DNA of 63,062 nt, the filler included, from Asterionella formosa (lineage: Eukaryota): assembly GCA_002256025.1 (NCBI GenBank). It is 5 parts of 5 records of this genome, joined end to end, with 100 filler letters (N's around TTAATTAATTAA, not from the genome) between each part and the next. Parts side by side here need not be neighbours in the genome. Positions count along the whole stretch, not along the records: positions 1 to 28,659 come from NKIB01001163.1; positions 28,760 to 57,386 come from NKIB01001171.1; 3 more parts are not named here. One strand, given 5' to 3'. This document shows, piece by piece, positions 24,269 to 36,859 of the stretch. The notes beneath the pieces were generated by a model. The model saw only the letters and a list, made by a program, of their open reading frames with translations, had not been told where the DNA came from and did not search any database. The position numbers and the translations under genes are program-made. The stretch's first letter is position 1. Each line of letters opens with the position of its first letter.

Positions 24269-27200
24269 ATGAGACGTTCAAAGAGTGATCCAGCCAAGTA
24301 TGCTCGGAACTACAGATCCATTTCCCAGCGTCGTATGACAGAATATGACAATTTGGACGAAGGAAAGGAAATGGATCGTTTGCGAGACATAATCAGTATG
24401 TCAGAAACCCACCTTGAACAAGCTAGAATTCAGCATAGCTCTTCCGAGAAGAAACGAAATATAGCCAGCAAGTCAATGATGGCTGATAATAATGAGGTAG
24501 ATGGAGCAATATTATCGGAAGAAATGAGGGAACAAATGGATAGAGGGTATGGCGATAATGGGAATAACACTCATGTTTTAATGCCAAAGAAGAAGAAGGC
24601 GAAGGTTATCAGGACAGTAGAGCTCACCCAGACAGAGATCCGACAAGCAAAAAAGTCCCAAAAGAACGCTAATAGAAAACTGAATCAGCTAGCGGCCAGG
24701 GCAGAACAAAAACAGCGACGAGCTGAACTCTACTCCAAACTCGAACAAACTGCTATTTCAGCTAAGGACATTGAGTTATTGGCGTCCTCGTCAACTCTCG
24801 GCAAACGAGAGACGAAACGTGAAGCTCTCAAGCGTTTGTTGTCAAGAGAGAGAGCTGGATTAAATCTGACCGAAAATGAGCGAAATATTCTATATTCTGA
24901 AAAGGAAATTGACGAGACCGAACAGGGGGAAAGAAAACCACCACAAGTTACCATACCCAGCGGCAACGAGCTGGAGGTTAAGATAAAAACAAATAAATCT
25001 CAAAGCAAAAGCAAAAAAAATGGGAAAGTAGACGTTCACTTTGATGCAGACTCTGAAACCTTACCAGAGGCAACAGAAGTAGAGCCAGAGTTTCTCGAAC
25101 AATTGGAAGAGGAGAAAACAGCCGTTACAGATGCAACACCAACAACTGGGATTCCCACAGCGCCATTTGACTTTGCAGCACAAATGATGACATCTTTGAA
25201 TACTCTGAAAGCAGCGACAGATCAGAAGGCCAAGGAGGAAGGTCAGCCCACCCCCGAGCTTGAAAGATTAGCCCTTTCTGAACAGAATCGAGGGACGAAG
25301 CAAGTCCGGTATGTCCCAACGGAGTTGGCGATCCCCAAATCAGCTGCTGTAATCGGTTTCGAGCCCTCCCAAATAGTCCAAACTGTATTGAATCTTGCTG
25401 TGCAAACCTTTAATCGCCCCGACGAAGTCCAAGAGTCGCGGAATACTTTACCAGTTTGTAGTATGGAATTTGAGATTGTTGACGCGATTCGTAACAACGA
25501 CGTGACAATTTTATGCTCAGAAACTGGAAGTGGAAAATCAACTCAAGTTCCGCAGTTTTTGTATGAAAATGGATTCACAGCTCCTGGTTTTCCAGGTGAT
25601 GAGCCACTTCTGATTGGTGTTACTCAACCTCGACGTGTCGCTGCCGTGTCAACAGCGAAACGCGTGTGCTACGAAATGGGCCACGGAGATGGACAAGTGA
25701 TCAATGGCAAGAATCTTGTCGCATACCAGACGCGATATGAACGAGCAGGTCTCGGAAGCGCAACACGAATCAAGTTTATGACAGACGGAATCTTGCTACA
25801 AGAAATTCAATCAGATTTGCTTCTTAGAAAGTATGGAGTGATCATTCTAGATGAGGCGCATCAAAGAAATCTAAACACTGATGTGCTACTTGGACTTTTG
25901 AGTGTTGCTATTCCACTCCGGAGGAAAGCTTCTGAAGAAGATGGATCAACAATGAAACCTTTGAAATTGGTAATCATGAGTGCAACACTTCGCGTGGAGG
26001 ACTTTACACTCAATGACAAGTTGTTCCCATCCATAACTCCTGCTCTCGTCACTGTCCCCGGTCGCACATACCCTGTAACAATACATCATAGCAAAATCAC
26101 GGAACTTGATGACTATGAAGCCGCTGCGTTTAAAAAGACTTGTCAGATTCATCGAAAGCTTCCGAAAGGGGGGATCCTGTTATTCCTAACAGGAAAGCAA
26201 GAAATTGTCAGGATGGTGAATCGACTTCGAAATTCACTGAGTCCTAGATCTCTCAAGAAGGCTGTCGATTCCAGGAGCGACATCAAAATCGAAGTAAATG
26301 ATGTAACTGAGGATCACAATGGAGCCCCCCGAGATCTTGACGATGACGAAATCGATGGTGATATTTTTATGGAAAACGACGGTGACGATTTTGAGGATAT
26401 GGATTCTCCTAGTAATGAGGACATAAACGACGAAATGACGACTCGGTTGACTGACGATGGCACAGAAGTGCCTGCGCACGCTATCGTTCTTCCTTTATAC
26501 TCCATGTTGTCAGTCGAAGAGCAAGCGAGAGTTTTTGCTGCTGTTCCAGAGGGACAACGACTTATCGTCGTCGCAACCAATATTGCAGAAACAAGTATCA
26601 CAATCCCCGGAATCGCCTATGTCGTTGATACAGGCCGGCAGAAATGTCGAAATTACCATGCCGGGACTGGTATTGCATCGTACGACGTGATGTGGATTAG
26701 CAAAGCAGCCGCCGACCAAAGAGCTGGTCGTGCTGGACGTACCACACCGGGGCATTGCTACCGCCTATACTCAAGTAGCATGTACTCTCGCCACATGGAG
26801 AGCTTTCCTCTACCAGAAATTCTTACTAGACCACTGGAGGACGTTGTGCTAGCTATGAAGACAATGGCTGTATCGAACGTAGGCCGCTTCCCATTTCCAA
26901 CTCCACCTGACGAAAGTCAGGTGAAGGCAGCAATTCAACTTTTGGCAAGCCTCGGTTGTATAGACCTATCCGAAGTCGAGGATAATGGCGGTGATGGATC
27001 AGTGACTCGTTTAGGTCACGCCATTGCCAAGTTACCTCTTGGAGTCAGATACGGCAAGATGCTGATCATTGCCGCGAAAGCAGGAGTTCTAGATTATGCA
27101 ATTGCCATGGTCGCCATTTTATCCGAATCTTCTCCTTTTTTGCACGGACAGCAAGACCTGTCCATGGATTCCAAGTGCGACGAAGAATCTGACTCCACAT

Positions 27201-28336
27201 CTGATGACGAGGATGCCCGGAAAAAGCCAAAGGTGAAGAAATGGGTTCATCGAGGAGGAGATGTCTTGGCTGGCCTGCTTGCCGTAGGTGCATACTCGTA
27301 CGCCGGACGAGGAGCTGGAGGTTCTTCCGAGAAACTGGCTTGCAAGCAATTTTGCGCTGAGAATGGCTTGAACTACTCTGTCATGGACAGAATCCAGCAA
27401 ATGAGACTTCATCTAGCGAAGTTAGCGAAAACTCGCTTTAGCAGAGCAGAAGGTGTCGCAGCCAAAACTGGTGGTATCGTTAGTAGCATGAGACCACCCA
27501 CAAAATTACAGGAGAATCTTGTATGCCAAGCTATTGCTTCAGGCTTGCTTGATAATGTATGCATGCTCGCACCGCCAGGATCGCTATCCGGTGAACATCC
27601 ATTTGGATTTCGTTCCGCCTTTTCGAGTTGCTCAGCAGCAATGAAAGAGCCCATTTATTTGGACCCCAAAAGTGCGCTATACACAAGAGACTGGAGACTT
27701 CTCCCAAAGTGGGTTTGCTATGATACAATTATACGGAAATCAACCAAGGACGGTACAACTGTGGTGATTATGAAGAATGTAACTCCAATCGACCCTTCTT
27801 GGCTCGGATCCTTAGCCCAGGGCAGTAGCCTCCTCCGCCTTGGCGAGCCGATGAGTTTCCCTCTACCCTCGTACGATTCTGATAGGGACGCCGTGCTTTG
27901 CTCAGTGGTTACTAAGTTTGGCAATCGAGGGTGGGAAATCCCACCGGTAAAGGTTGAGATGTACAGTACTTTGCAGAAGGTAGGAAAGCAAAGTACTCAT
28001 TTCCTTGTCGACGATTCCTTCCGATGGTTTGCTCGGTTCCTCTTGGAGGGTAAGGTCCTGCCCGAACTCTTAAACCTCACTGCTTTCCTCAACGACGATC
28101 CCTCTGTTATTACAAGAAAGGTCCCCGTAAGTAAAGTCGCGTTGTTGGTCTCGACACTCTCAAGCGCAGGCATTGATAGTGGACAAGCACTGCGAAAGCA
28201 TTGGGCCGAGGTAGATGACAAATTTTTGTTTAAGAATCTAAGGACTTGGACCAAGCCTGAGAATGCAGCGGAGGTAAAACATATTTGGATGACGACGGTG
28301 CAGACGAACATAAAACGGTGGAAAGATTGCAGTTAA
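24269..28336 (+). CDS. DHX37: DEAH-box RNA helicase DHX37/DHR1 (SSU processome)
   Basis: SETGSGKSTQVPQFLYE, TQPRRVAA, DEAH, MSATL, ATNIAETSITIPG and QRAGRAGRT, plus the DHR1-type N-terminal LASSSTLGKRETK region. Confidence 0.93.
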   Translation: MRRSKSDPAKYARNYRSISQRRMTEYDNLDEGKEMDRLRDIISMSETHLEQARIQHSSSEKKRNIASKSMMADNNEVDGAILSEEMREQMDRGYGDNGNNTHVLMPKKKKAKVIRTVELTQTEIRQAKKSQKNANRKLNQLAARAEQKQRRAELYSKLEQTAISAKDIELLASSSTLGKRETKREALKRLLSRERAGLNLTENERNILYSEKEIDETEQGERKPPQVTIPSGNELEVKIKTNKSQSKSKKNGKVDVHFDADSETLPEATEVEPEFLEQLEEEKTAVTDATPTTGIPTAPFDFAAQMMTSLNTLKAATDQKAKEEGQPTPELERLALSEQNRGTKQVRYVPTELAIPKSAAVIGFEPSQIVQTVLNLAVQTFNRPDEVQESRNTLPVCSMEFEIVDAIRNNDVTILCSETGSGKSTQVPQFLYENGFTAPGFPGDEPLLIGVTQPRRVAAVSTAKRVCYEMGHGDGQVINGKNLVAYQTRYERAGLGSATRIKFMTDGILLQEIQSDLLLRKYGVIILDEAHQRNLNTDVLLGLLSVAIPLRRKASEEDGSTMKPLKLVIMSATLRVEDFTLNDKLFPSITPALVTVPGRTYPVTIHHSKITELDDYEAAAFKKTCQIHRKLPKGGILLFLTGKQEIVRMVNRLRNSLSPRSLKKAVDSRSDIKIEVNDVTEDHNGAPRDLDDDEIDGDIFMENDGDDFEDMDSPSNEDINDEMTTRLTDDGTEVPAHAIVLPLYSMLSVEEQARVFAAVPEGQRLIVVATNIAETSITIPGIAYVVDTGRQKCRNYHAGTGIASYDVMWISKAAADQRAGRAGRTTPGHCYRLYSSSMYSRHMESFPLPEILTRPLEDVVLAMKTMAVSNVGRFPFPTPPDESQVKAAIQLLASLGCIDLSEVEDNGGDGSVTRLGHAIAKLPLGVRYGKMLIIAAKAGVLDYAIAMVAILSESSPFLHGQQDLSMDSKCDEESDSTSDDEDARKKPKVKKWVHRGGDVLAGLLAVGAYSYAGRGAGGSSEKLACKQFCAENGLNYSVMDRIQQMRLHLAKLAKTRFSRAEGVAAKTGGIVSSMRPPTKLQENLVCQAIASGLLDNVCMLAPPGSLSGEHPFGFRSAFSSCSAAMKEPIYLDPKSALYTRDWRLLPKWVCYDTIIRKSTKDGTTVVIMKNVTPIDPSWLGSLAQGSSLLRLGEPMSFPLPSYDSDRDAVLCSVVTKFGNRGWEIPPVKVEMYSTLQKVGKQSTHFLVDDSFRWFARFLLEGKVLPELLNLTAFLNDDPSVITRKVPVSKVALLVSTLSSAGIDSGQALRKHWAEVDDKFLFKNLRTWTKPENAAEVKHIWMTTVQTNIKRWKDCS

Positions 28337-28659
28337 TCCCAATAGTATGTTTTGTCTAACACTCCATCATCAATGCTGTCGAATTAAAAGCAGGACTTTT
28401 GTTACTTTTTGTTGACGACTCCTGTTGATTTCTGGAATTAAGGTTCCTGCATTTGAACCCCTAGCTCGAGGTAGGGTTAAAAAAATAATATTAAGTCAGA
28501 GTAGTCAAACATAGACTTCTTACGAGTAAAATGTAAATGTATATCGCTAAACGGAGCTTTCACCAATACACACCCTTTCCACATGCTTAAATACAGTCAT
28601 TTATCAAAGTAGGGGTATAGGTCAACGCTATATATCGTCAGGATGTAGGATCTGGCGAG

Positions 28660-28759
28660 NNNNNNNNNNNNNNNNNNNNNNNNNNNNNNNNNNNNNNNNN
28701 NNNTTAATTAATTAANNNNNNNNNNNNNNNNNNNNNNNNNNNNNNNNNNNNNNNNNNNN
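28660..28759. other. Assembly gap with TTAATTAATTAA six-frame-stop linker
   Basis: N44-TTAATTAATTAA-N44. Confidence 0.99.
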
Positions 28760-28958
28760 ATTTGAATTTAACATTGCGAGTTATTTCGCAATCTATCTTG
28801 TGGATCGATCAAGTTGTACTTGAAGGGGGTGTGAAAAGAAGAAACGGGTAGCAGTTGACTACCGGTAACAATACGAGGCCACATAAAATAATAAATACTG
28901 GTACCAGGGTACCAGGGTACCAGGTACCGGTACATGATACACCCACCTGGTACGGGTA

Positions 28959-30426
28959 CTCCGAGTACCGGTACTCCAGTAAAGTATAACAAAGTATAAC
29001 ATATGGCTGGAATCATCCTCAGAGTACATACAGTAGCCACCGTAGCCCTAGTATGATAGATAATTAGCATAGCGAATATATTATGGATAAATATATCCGT
29101 GCATGAGTTTACGTAATGTTGACAAGCATATAACAACATCAGCGATTTTCCTTATTCGGGCTCCTGTAATCACTTCTGCTGACAAACATGCTCTAACACT
29201 AGCCATGAAATTCGATTTCCCCTTCTTTTCCTTCAGTGCCAGGTTCCAGTATGTGCCTTTCGCCCACGCCCACATGTATTCCACACCTTCCCCAGCTATC
29301 TCAGCATGGCATTTTGGAGTTAGCATTACTTCCACTCCAAGTTTGGTTCCAATATATTCCAACTGCATGCATCCACCTTGCAATTGTACAAATTGAGATC
29401 TTTGTCAAACCATAGGTCAGAAGGAACTGTTCTCTGCTGTTGTTTAATTCACTGTCCTCAACAACTCCTGGTCTTGCTGGTAAGTCTTCATCGACATCGC
29501 AGTCATCAGGAACATCTATACCCAAACTCGGAACCAATGTTGGTACCAGATGTTCATGAACATATTCATACATTTTTTCCATAGACAAGTCATTTAAATT
29601 GGCGATCCCAAGTTTCTTGAATGCATTCATGGCATCAGGATTTGATTGGAAGAATGGAGGGATCTTATCCTTTTTAACTTGTAGTGGCACTACAAGTTTT
29701 GGCATGCTGTTTATGATCATAATGTAACGAGGCATTCCCCAATTATTTTGGAGGTGGAATGGGCCACAAAATGGTGGATAAATAGAGTATTTGCATTCCT
29801 CCTTTCAGTCACAGAAGTAAATGCCATGCTGGCATATTAATACTTCTGCAAAGAGGAGGTTGATAGCATTCTCGATTTTCGCAAGCTTTTTGCAGAAGCA
29901 TTGGTATGTTATCATTATTACAATGAAGAAGACAAAGAATCGCCTAGAAGGTCGTCAAGATTGACTAAAAATGCTGAGCACATAGTTTTCCAGCTACCCA
30001 GAGGCAAGATACTTTTCGGAACAGAGGTTGTGGTTCTGACAGTTCACACCGCCAAAGTACATGTGTAGACTGGAAAATGATGACTTGGACATGTTGTGTA
30101 TGGTCCATAGCTATGCTTCGATGTGTTGATTGCGGTTTACATCATTCAATTGAAGCAGCATTGATTCCTTCAAGTCCAGACTGATCTGTGCCTGCGGAGT
30201 TGTTCATGTTGTGACTGACACACAACTAATTATTACAAGTTCAAATTCCAATTCTTGGTCTTCAATATATGTATAGCCCTTTTAATCAGGCGAACAAGGA
30301 CTATCCAACGATGTATCTAAATTTAGAGGAAAGTAACAATAAGGTTTTCAAATTGAGCCTCAAAGAGAGACTGAAATCAGGCTAATGAGCTGGAAAGAAC
30401 CCGGTATGCATAGATTATACTCGGAG
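28959..30426 (-). mobile_element. Degenerate IS630/Tc1-like DNA transposon
   Basis: Transposase remnant LTPKCHAEIAGEGVEYMWAWAK (29081-29383); short inverted ends TA|CTCCGAGTA ... TACTCGGAG|TA. Confidence 0.65.
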
Positions 30427-32846
30427 TAGTCTACCATATTCAGAGCAGTCGTTTCTTCGACAAAAGGCCATGTCGATCTGTTAGATTACATGATGCAACC
30501 TTCACCGTGGTCAAACAGTTGCATTTTCCGGGTTGTTTTAGCCTGTTTTTCCTATACTTAGGTAAAACTTCATCGAGTTTCACCAAAATTTTTGTTGAGC
30601 CTCTCAACAAATGCCAACGTATACTTCAGTACCATGTAAATAATGACACTCCTTTCTTATTTTGGAAAAATCGGCCATTGAGATACCCCTTGAGCACAAT
30701 ATCAAGGCATGAGAAAAACACTACTAGCGTTGTTGTTGAATCAACCAGCTGATTGACATTGGTGGTGCTTTTGGTTGCATTGGTGAACTAAGAATCAACA
30801 GTTATAATGATAACAAACTACCAGTATATGTTTTGAGGCACTTTGACAATCTGATGGATCTGTAGGCCACTTGCTTGACGATTTGCATGCAATGGCATTT
30901 CCAAAAATTGATCTCCCAACATGATGGCTGCTCCCATTTATCATTCTCTTGGCGAATGTTTTTTGCGCTTGTTGGTAGGCCTTGCACAAAGGCATTGAGT
31001 AGTTGATATAGGTACAAATGCATAATCTAAACAAGTTAAGTAGTACAGCATGTTTTCCAAGATTTCCTATTCATGTATTATTTCCTTGTATCACAAACAT
31101 TTTCCTCCAACATACCGACAGAACTTGGCAATACTCAACAGAACCTCTTTTTCAATGTTTGACGGAAATTATTTCAACCTTCTCTCCTTCGAACAAAACT
31201 CGTCAAACTCAACTCAACTCAATTCAATAAGAATTTGATTTTAATTATCTGTTGCTCAGCAAACCCAATATAATATCGCTTTCCATATGAGTTCCTTTCC
31301 TTTGTTATGATTATAGAGTCATCCAACAACTCAATATGTAATTCTTTGTTTTAAAAAGTTGATGAAAATCAAATCGTGTTACATTTTTCGAGTTGAAGTG
31401 GCAGTGAGTGAGCCCAAACCGAATTTCGCATTCAATATGAATGAATAAACTTGGTCGTGATCATGGAATTTCCCCACAAAATAAAACATTTTATTTATCC
31501 TCTTTTTGAATTATTTGATGTAAATAGATTTTTTTGATTGAGTTGAACTCTCAGAAGGTGGACACCAAGTTTCACTTTCAATATGAATTATGGGCCTTTC
31601 ATCATATGAACTTAGATAAGTAGCCTAGTATCCAACACTACAAAGAAGTTTTCTATCTAGTAGATGCAAATTTAATTGTTTTTTTGGTTCAAATCTTAGC
31701 GGACCCAAATCAACTTTTGGTTTCCCTACTTTATCAAATCCTAATGATAGATTATTCCACAAGAAAAGCAGTATGTATGCACTTATTGAATTAGTCAAGA
31801 ACACAAACCTGACCAAATAGTTTGTTTTCAGTTCTTAAATGCTCAGTGGATCGTAATCGAATTTACTCTTGTGTGAATTATTCCTCTTTGTTATGACAAT
31901 ATTTCTTCGAAAAAATCTCGACTCACATGGAATTCATTTTTACATAATCTATCAGCGAAAAAACCCAAATCACTTTTTGGCTTTGCTTCCATTTCAATTC
32001 TTCTTGTTCATTGTTGTTATTAACTATGAAAGATTTTATCCAAAAACTCAAGACATAATGCTGGTCCTTGTTCATAAAAGTCGATACAAATCATCATATT
32101 TTTCGAGTTGAACTGGCAAAGGGAGTCATACAAATGGATTCTGGATTTCTTCTTTGTGGTATAATGGTGTTTTGAATTCATCATATGCACCAAGTTGGTG
32201 TATGGCCTCCGTGTGTGTCAAAGTGTCTAGTAAAACTGATATGCAACTCATCATATCACAAACAGCAATTGCTATATGATACGTATGTAGGGTAACAAAA
32301 ACTAAAGGGACCATGGAACTTGATACATAAATACTACCTGGTAAGACAAACATGTCTGTCAAAAATATAGCATCAATGGCTTTTATGATTCACAATAATT
32401 ATGGACTTAATTATAGTCCAATGAATCAAATGGAGCATTCCCATGTCAAGAAACTAGCTAATGAGATTGATGTTTCAGATCAATCAGAAGAAGGTTTGTT
32501 TCAGCGAAAAAAGAACAACAAGAACAGGTTCTCAAAGAGTGATTAATGGGATTCAAACCTTATTTTAAGAGTGAGCTTATTAATTTAAGGAACTGTGAGA
32601 ATTGACAGAGAAATGTCAATAGCGACAACTAGCAGGAAGGCTAGCAACGATAGGTATAAATACTGGTACTAGCTACAACAGATAAGATTTACTTAAGGCA
32701 AGACCCGCAGCACATGGGAAGGAGTTTGGAGCTTTTAACATACATTGTCAGTCATGACCATGCGAGAAAGGAAACCTGCAACAAGAAGGGCGGAAGTTCC
32801 AGTAAATTTGACTATCGGTATGTACCTGATACTCAGTACTTCGGTA

Positions 32847-35842
32847 CCACCTAAAAACTGAGAGGCATACAAACTTTCAGTTCTGTTTAACAAAACGGAG
32901 TAATCACACGTGTTGAGACAAATATTTGTTATATTATAAATCTGTATTACACAAAGTTCTTTGTTCGTACTTGAACACTGCAATCTCGTACCAGCTCTTT
33001 AGTTATAGTGGGACACTGAGATCGAAGGCGGATGAGCCCGATGCTCGCAGCAATAGAACTGTGCATGGTTGAATTGATTCATCAACTTGCCCGAATGCGA
33101 AATCCTATATCTGTCAGTGATGGTCTCTGACTTTTTAACTCCCTAATATCTGGAACCAAAGTAGGAGACAGCTTAAACAATGAATGGAGACAAGCTCATT
33201 CTTCTGTATACCGATCTAATAAAAGCGAAGCTTGGAATGGATACTGGAGAGGGTTCATGAAAAGGAGCAAAGAATTAGTGACAGCTAAACAAGGTGTAAA
33301 ATTTGAAAGCAAGCGAGCCGATTGGCGCACTTACAATAATTTTGAAGCAATGTATGAGCAAGTGTACAAGGAGATGGTTGCAGGATGGATCGCCGTTGAA
33401 TTCGCCAATAAGCAATGGTTGAACAAAGATGTAGCAGTGGTACTTGAGGAAAAGGATGCGTTGGGACTCCCCCAGACAAATTATAATTTGATTTGACCTG
33501 ACCGACTGTGTTTTGTTGACGAGGTGGTGGAATCAAACACATCTCAAACTGAAGATGGCAATGTGGCCGTGGGAAAGTTATTTCTCTTTGGAAAGGCCGA
33601 GCGACTACAGCAAAGATCGGCACATAAAGATGCAAACTTTACCGTTATTGGTTTAAAGCTGCAGTCAAATGGGAATCCAATTATGTGTGCTATCATTTTT
33701 GCTGTTAAGACTCTTGATAATGAATGATGACTTGGTCTTGATCCATTTGCAGATTGGGTACGAGATGAAAACAACTTCTTAGCTAGCAAACAGGCAGTGG
33801 AAAGAAGAAAAGGTAGTTACACACAATGACCAGTGCTGTGTACAGTTGATGGTACATATTGTTGTGCCACTGAAAATGAAATCATCACCAGGGCAGAGCT
33901 ACTTGTTGGAATGCTTGCATACATGGACAAAACCGGATTATTTGCACGGGGCACAGGCCCACCACCTTTCTTCATTCTTTATGGTCACAGAAGCCGACCA
34001 TAAGCATCAACTTTAAAAACTTCATATCTCTTGAATTAGACTAGGAACACAGGAAACGACGAAAGTACCCTGTATTGGCAGTTTTGGTACCTTTTTAACC
34101 GGCTTTCGTTCTCCAAATCCAGGCATACCTTGTATTGGTGGGCATCGCAACGTCTTCCAATACAAGGTATTGGTCATTTGATATTTTTTCCCAATCAAAG
34201 GTGATATCCTCAAACCATGATTCTAATACAAGGTTCACCTTGTACAAGGTGAAAACAACTCCGGCTATCATTCCAATTCAAGGTGTGCCTTTATTTGTCG
34301 AGAGAATATCATCCAATACAAGGTAGTCCCTGCATTGGGCTCTTTTCATTTCCCAATACAACAAGGTGGCTGCATTTTGAAATCCAAGATCGCTCCTTTA
34401 TTTTCATGAGTTCCAATACAAGGTGACAGTTTGTTTAGCTGGCATTGCTGAAATTATTCTGTACTGAATGTGTAAAGCATGTATACTGGGAAATCATCAC
34501 TGAGTCGACGCTATTTATTGACATCACAAAAATAATACCTCCAAGTTATTTCTTATCCTTTACAATGATGTGATAAAACCATCTTCTCACTGTTTCATTC
34601 ATCTTCAGCTGAACAGGGAATGCTCACAATCATAGGTAAGGTTGTGCCATGTTTGAGGAATTGAAATTGTTTTACGCCATGATCACATGTAGGTCCTGCC
34701 ACTTTCTTGGACATCACAAAAACTTGCCTGGGCGTTATTTCTCACCTAGTATCATCGTGATTCTGTTCATTTCAGAATTGCTTCAGAAACCATATCTCTG
34801 TCTCAACGCTCCTTTCGATTTAATTGAAGGATCAGTGAATTGTTGGGTGATTGGAAAGGAAACAGTCAGTTCCGCCCGGTTGTTTCATGCAAAATTATGT
34901 AAGTAGTCTAAATTGGTGAAGGTTTTGTTGCAGTAGCTATTGTTTGCGTGCATGCTATGTCTCAACCATGAACTTGCTTCTGCTGTCATTGAAGTGCTTC
35001 ACTGTCAACATCGTTGAGAGCGCTCCAATTCGCATTGACTGGTAAAGTATTAGTGAATTGCGATGATGGCAATGCTTGGGCTTGGTTTTCCAACGGATGA
35101 TTCAAACATTTTCAGAAATTCTATATTGCTGTATTACTCAATAATGTATTCGTTTCTTGTTAAAATTGTAAAATAAATACATGCGTTGGTAAAATGATAT
35201 ATAGTTTTATTGATATTAGTTTGTTAGAAACCTCAAAATGATTATCCTTGTACTGTTATGAGTTTCGCAAAGCAGGTATAGGGTCCCATTCAAGGGTTAC
35301 CTTGTATTGGGCGGGTCCAAACCAAGGTACACCTTGTATGGGCATTTTTCAAAACAAGGTATACCTTAAATTGGAACTCATGATCTGATTGGTTAACCAA
35401 TATAAGGTGGATGTGAAACATGGTAAAGCCAATGCAAGGTACACCTTGTATTGTATGTTAAACCCTATTTCGGAGAAACTACTCATCCCTTGTATTGGAA
35501 AAAATTCCGGTTATTTCACAAAATACCTTGTATTGAAAAAAGAGCATTTTCCTTGTATTGGAAAAAGCATGAGGGATTCGAAGCCCTAATGACGAAGCTA
35601 GCCAATACAAGGTCACCCTTGTTGTTCTGGTAAATTGCTTTTTCAACTTGTATTGGATTCCAATTCAAGGCATTTTCGTTTCCTTTGAAGCTTTGTTACT
35701 TATTATGTAGACCTATATTGAAAGTTGAGAGCCTGGTCTACATTTAGTTATGCACTTGATTTGTTGTCACCATGACATTTTACCAAAATAGTCTGAATCG
35801 AAACATGGGTTAAACTTTATGTGACTCTCTTTTTTTAGGTGG
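32847..35842 (+). mobile_element. Pogo-like DNA transposon, degenerate, carrying a nested insertion
   Basis: TIRs TA|CCACCTAAAAA..GAGAG and CTCTC..TTTTTAGGTGG|TA. Transposase remnants at ~33000-34020 (KFESKRADWRTYNNFEAMY, FVDEV, KDANFTVIG, NPIMCAIIFA, FILYGHRSR). Confidence 0.8.
34048..35687. mobile_element. Non-autonomous CMC/EnSpm-like TIR element with subterminal motif arrays
   Basis: Ends CACAGGAAACGA / TCGTTTCCTTTG with AA on both flanks; about 20 CCAATACAAGG-like motifs in both orientations at both ends. Confidence 0.75.
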
Positions 35843-35849
35843 TATGGTA

Positions 35850-36617
35850 CCACTTAAAAACTGAAAGCCACCTCTATTTTACTCCATCTTCCGACTGAAA
35901 ATATATAAGATATTTGTCAATCAAAACCTGATGCAAGTACGAAGTGTATGTTAGACGATGCACTCTACTCAACGAATAGACTAAGTAATCAATTGTGATT
36001 CAGTGTATGGAGCCATGAAGATCAGATTTTTTAAAAGTCATTAAGATTGTTGCGTAGTGGTGGGTTACAGTGCATGTTTTTCTATTTGTACATGAATATA
36101 TTCCCCCCCCCAACCGTGATCATTTTTACTCAGTTTATATACTACAGAAATTCTTTTCGTATTACTTTACCTGTTCGGCGCGATACAGTATGCTTTTTGC
36201 GCTACTTGCATTGTCACCGAATTCTTCTGACGCATAGTAGTGTAATCGAAAGCACAATGACGTCGTACCAACATTTAATTCTACTAAATTGATTCTATCG
36301 GAAGAATATTATTATTCTTCTATATTTCCAGGTATAGAAAAGGCGATGCCAGCTCAATAGAGTAAACGTGAAAATCCATTTTTCGCAATGTCGCGTCGAC
36401 AGCAACCTTTGAGCCCTACATAATAAATATTTGACAACTTACACAATGCAACAATACAAGTACCGGTACGTAAGTATTTACTCGCTATATAAATCTGAAC
36501 AACTCCTTCTTGACAATAATTATTAACACATTCTTCAAAAAACTAAGCTCAAACCGTGTGCTTACCCTTGCTTACAGTTCAAAAGTCGTCATAGCGGTGG
36601 CATACATTTTTAACTGG
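35850..36617. mobile_element. Pogo-type MITE
   Basis: TA|CCACTTAAAAACTGAAAGCCACCTCTAT ... ATAGCGGTGGCATACATTTTTAACTGG|TA. Confidence 0.75.
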
Positions 36618-36859
36618 TACTCCAATCACAGCCATCTCAGAATTGATGTCTCATCGCTTCTAAAAGTGACTTGAAGGTCTTAATCCTGGAACGTGATGAT
36701 GATTAGAACCATTTAACCTTAAAAAAAAGAATCGTGACAAAAAATCCGGTCGGACCGTCAGAGTATAAGAAAGTGAGGACATGGACATAGGCGGATCGTC
36801 CCATCTTCATTATCTAACGCCATATCCAAACTTGCTCAAAACTGTCAACAACAACAGCG

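Noticed and set aside
25850..25867. DEAHQR instead of the usual DEAHER in the helicase
   Set aside because: A single substitution outside the core DEAH; all other motifs are intact.
28704..28715. Recurrent TTAATTAATTAA palindrome (4 times)
   Set aside because: Always centred in 100-nt N runs; an artificial scaffold linker.
34048..35687. CRISPR-like array of CCAATACAAGG repeats
   Set aside because: Repeats are 11 bp, in both orientations, irregularly spaced, with no cas genes, in a eukaryotic context.
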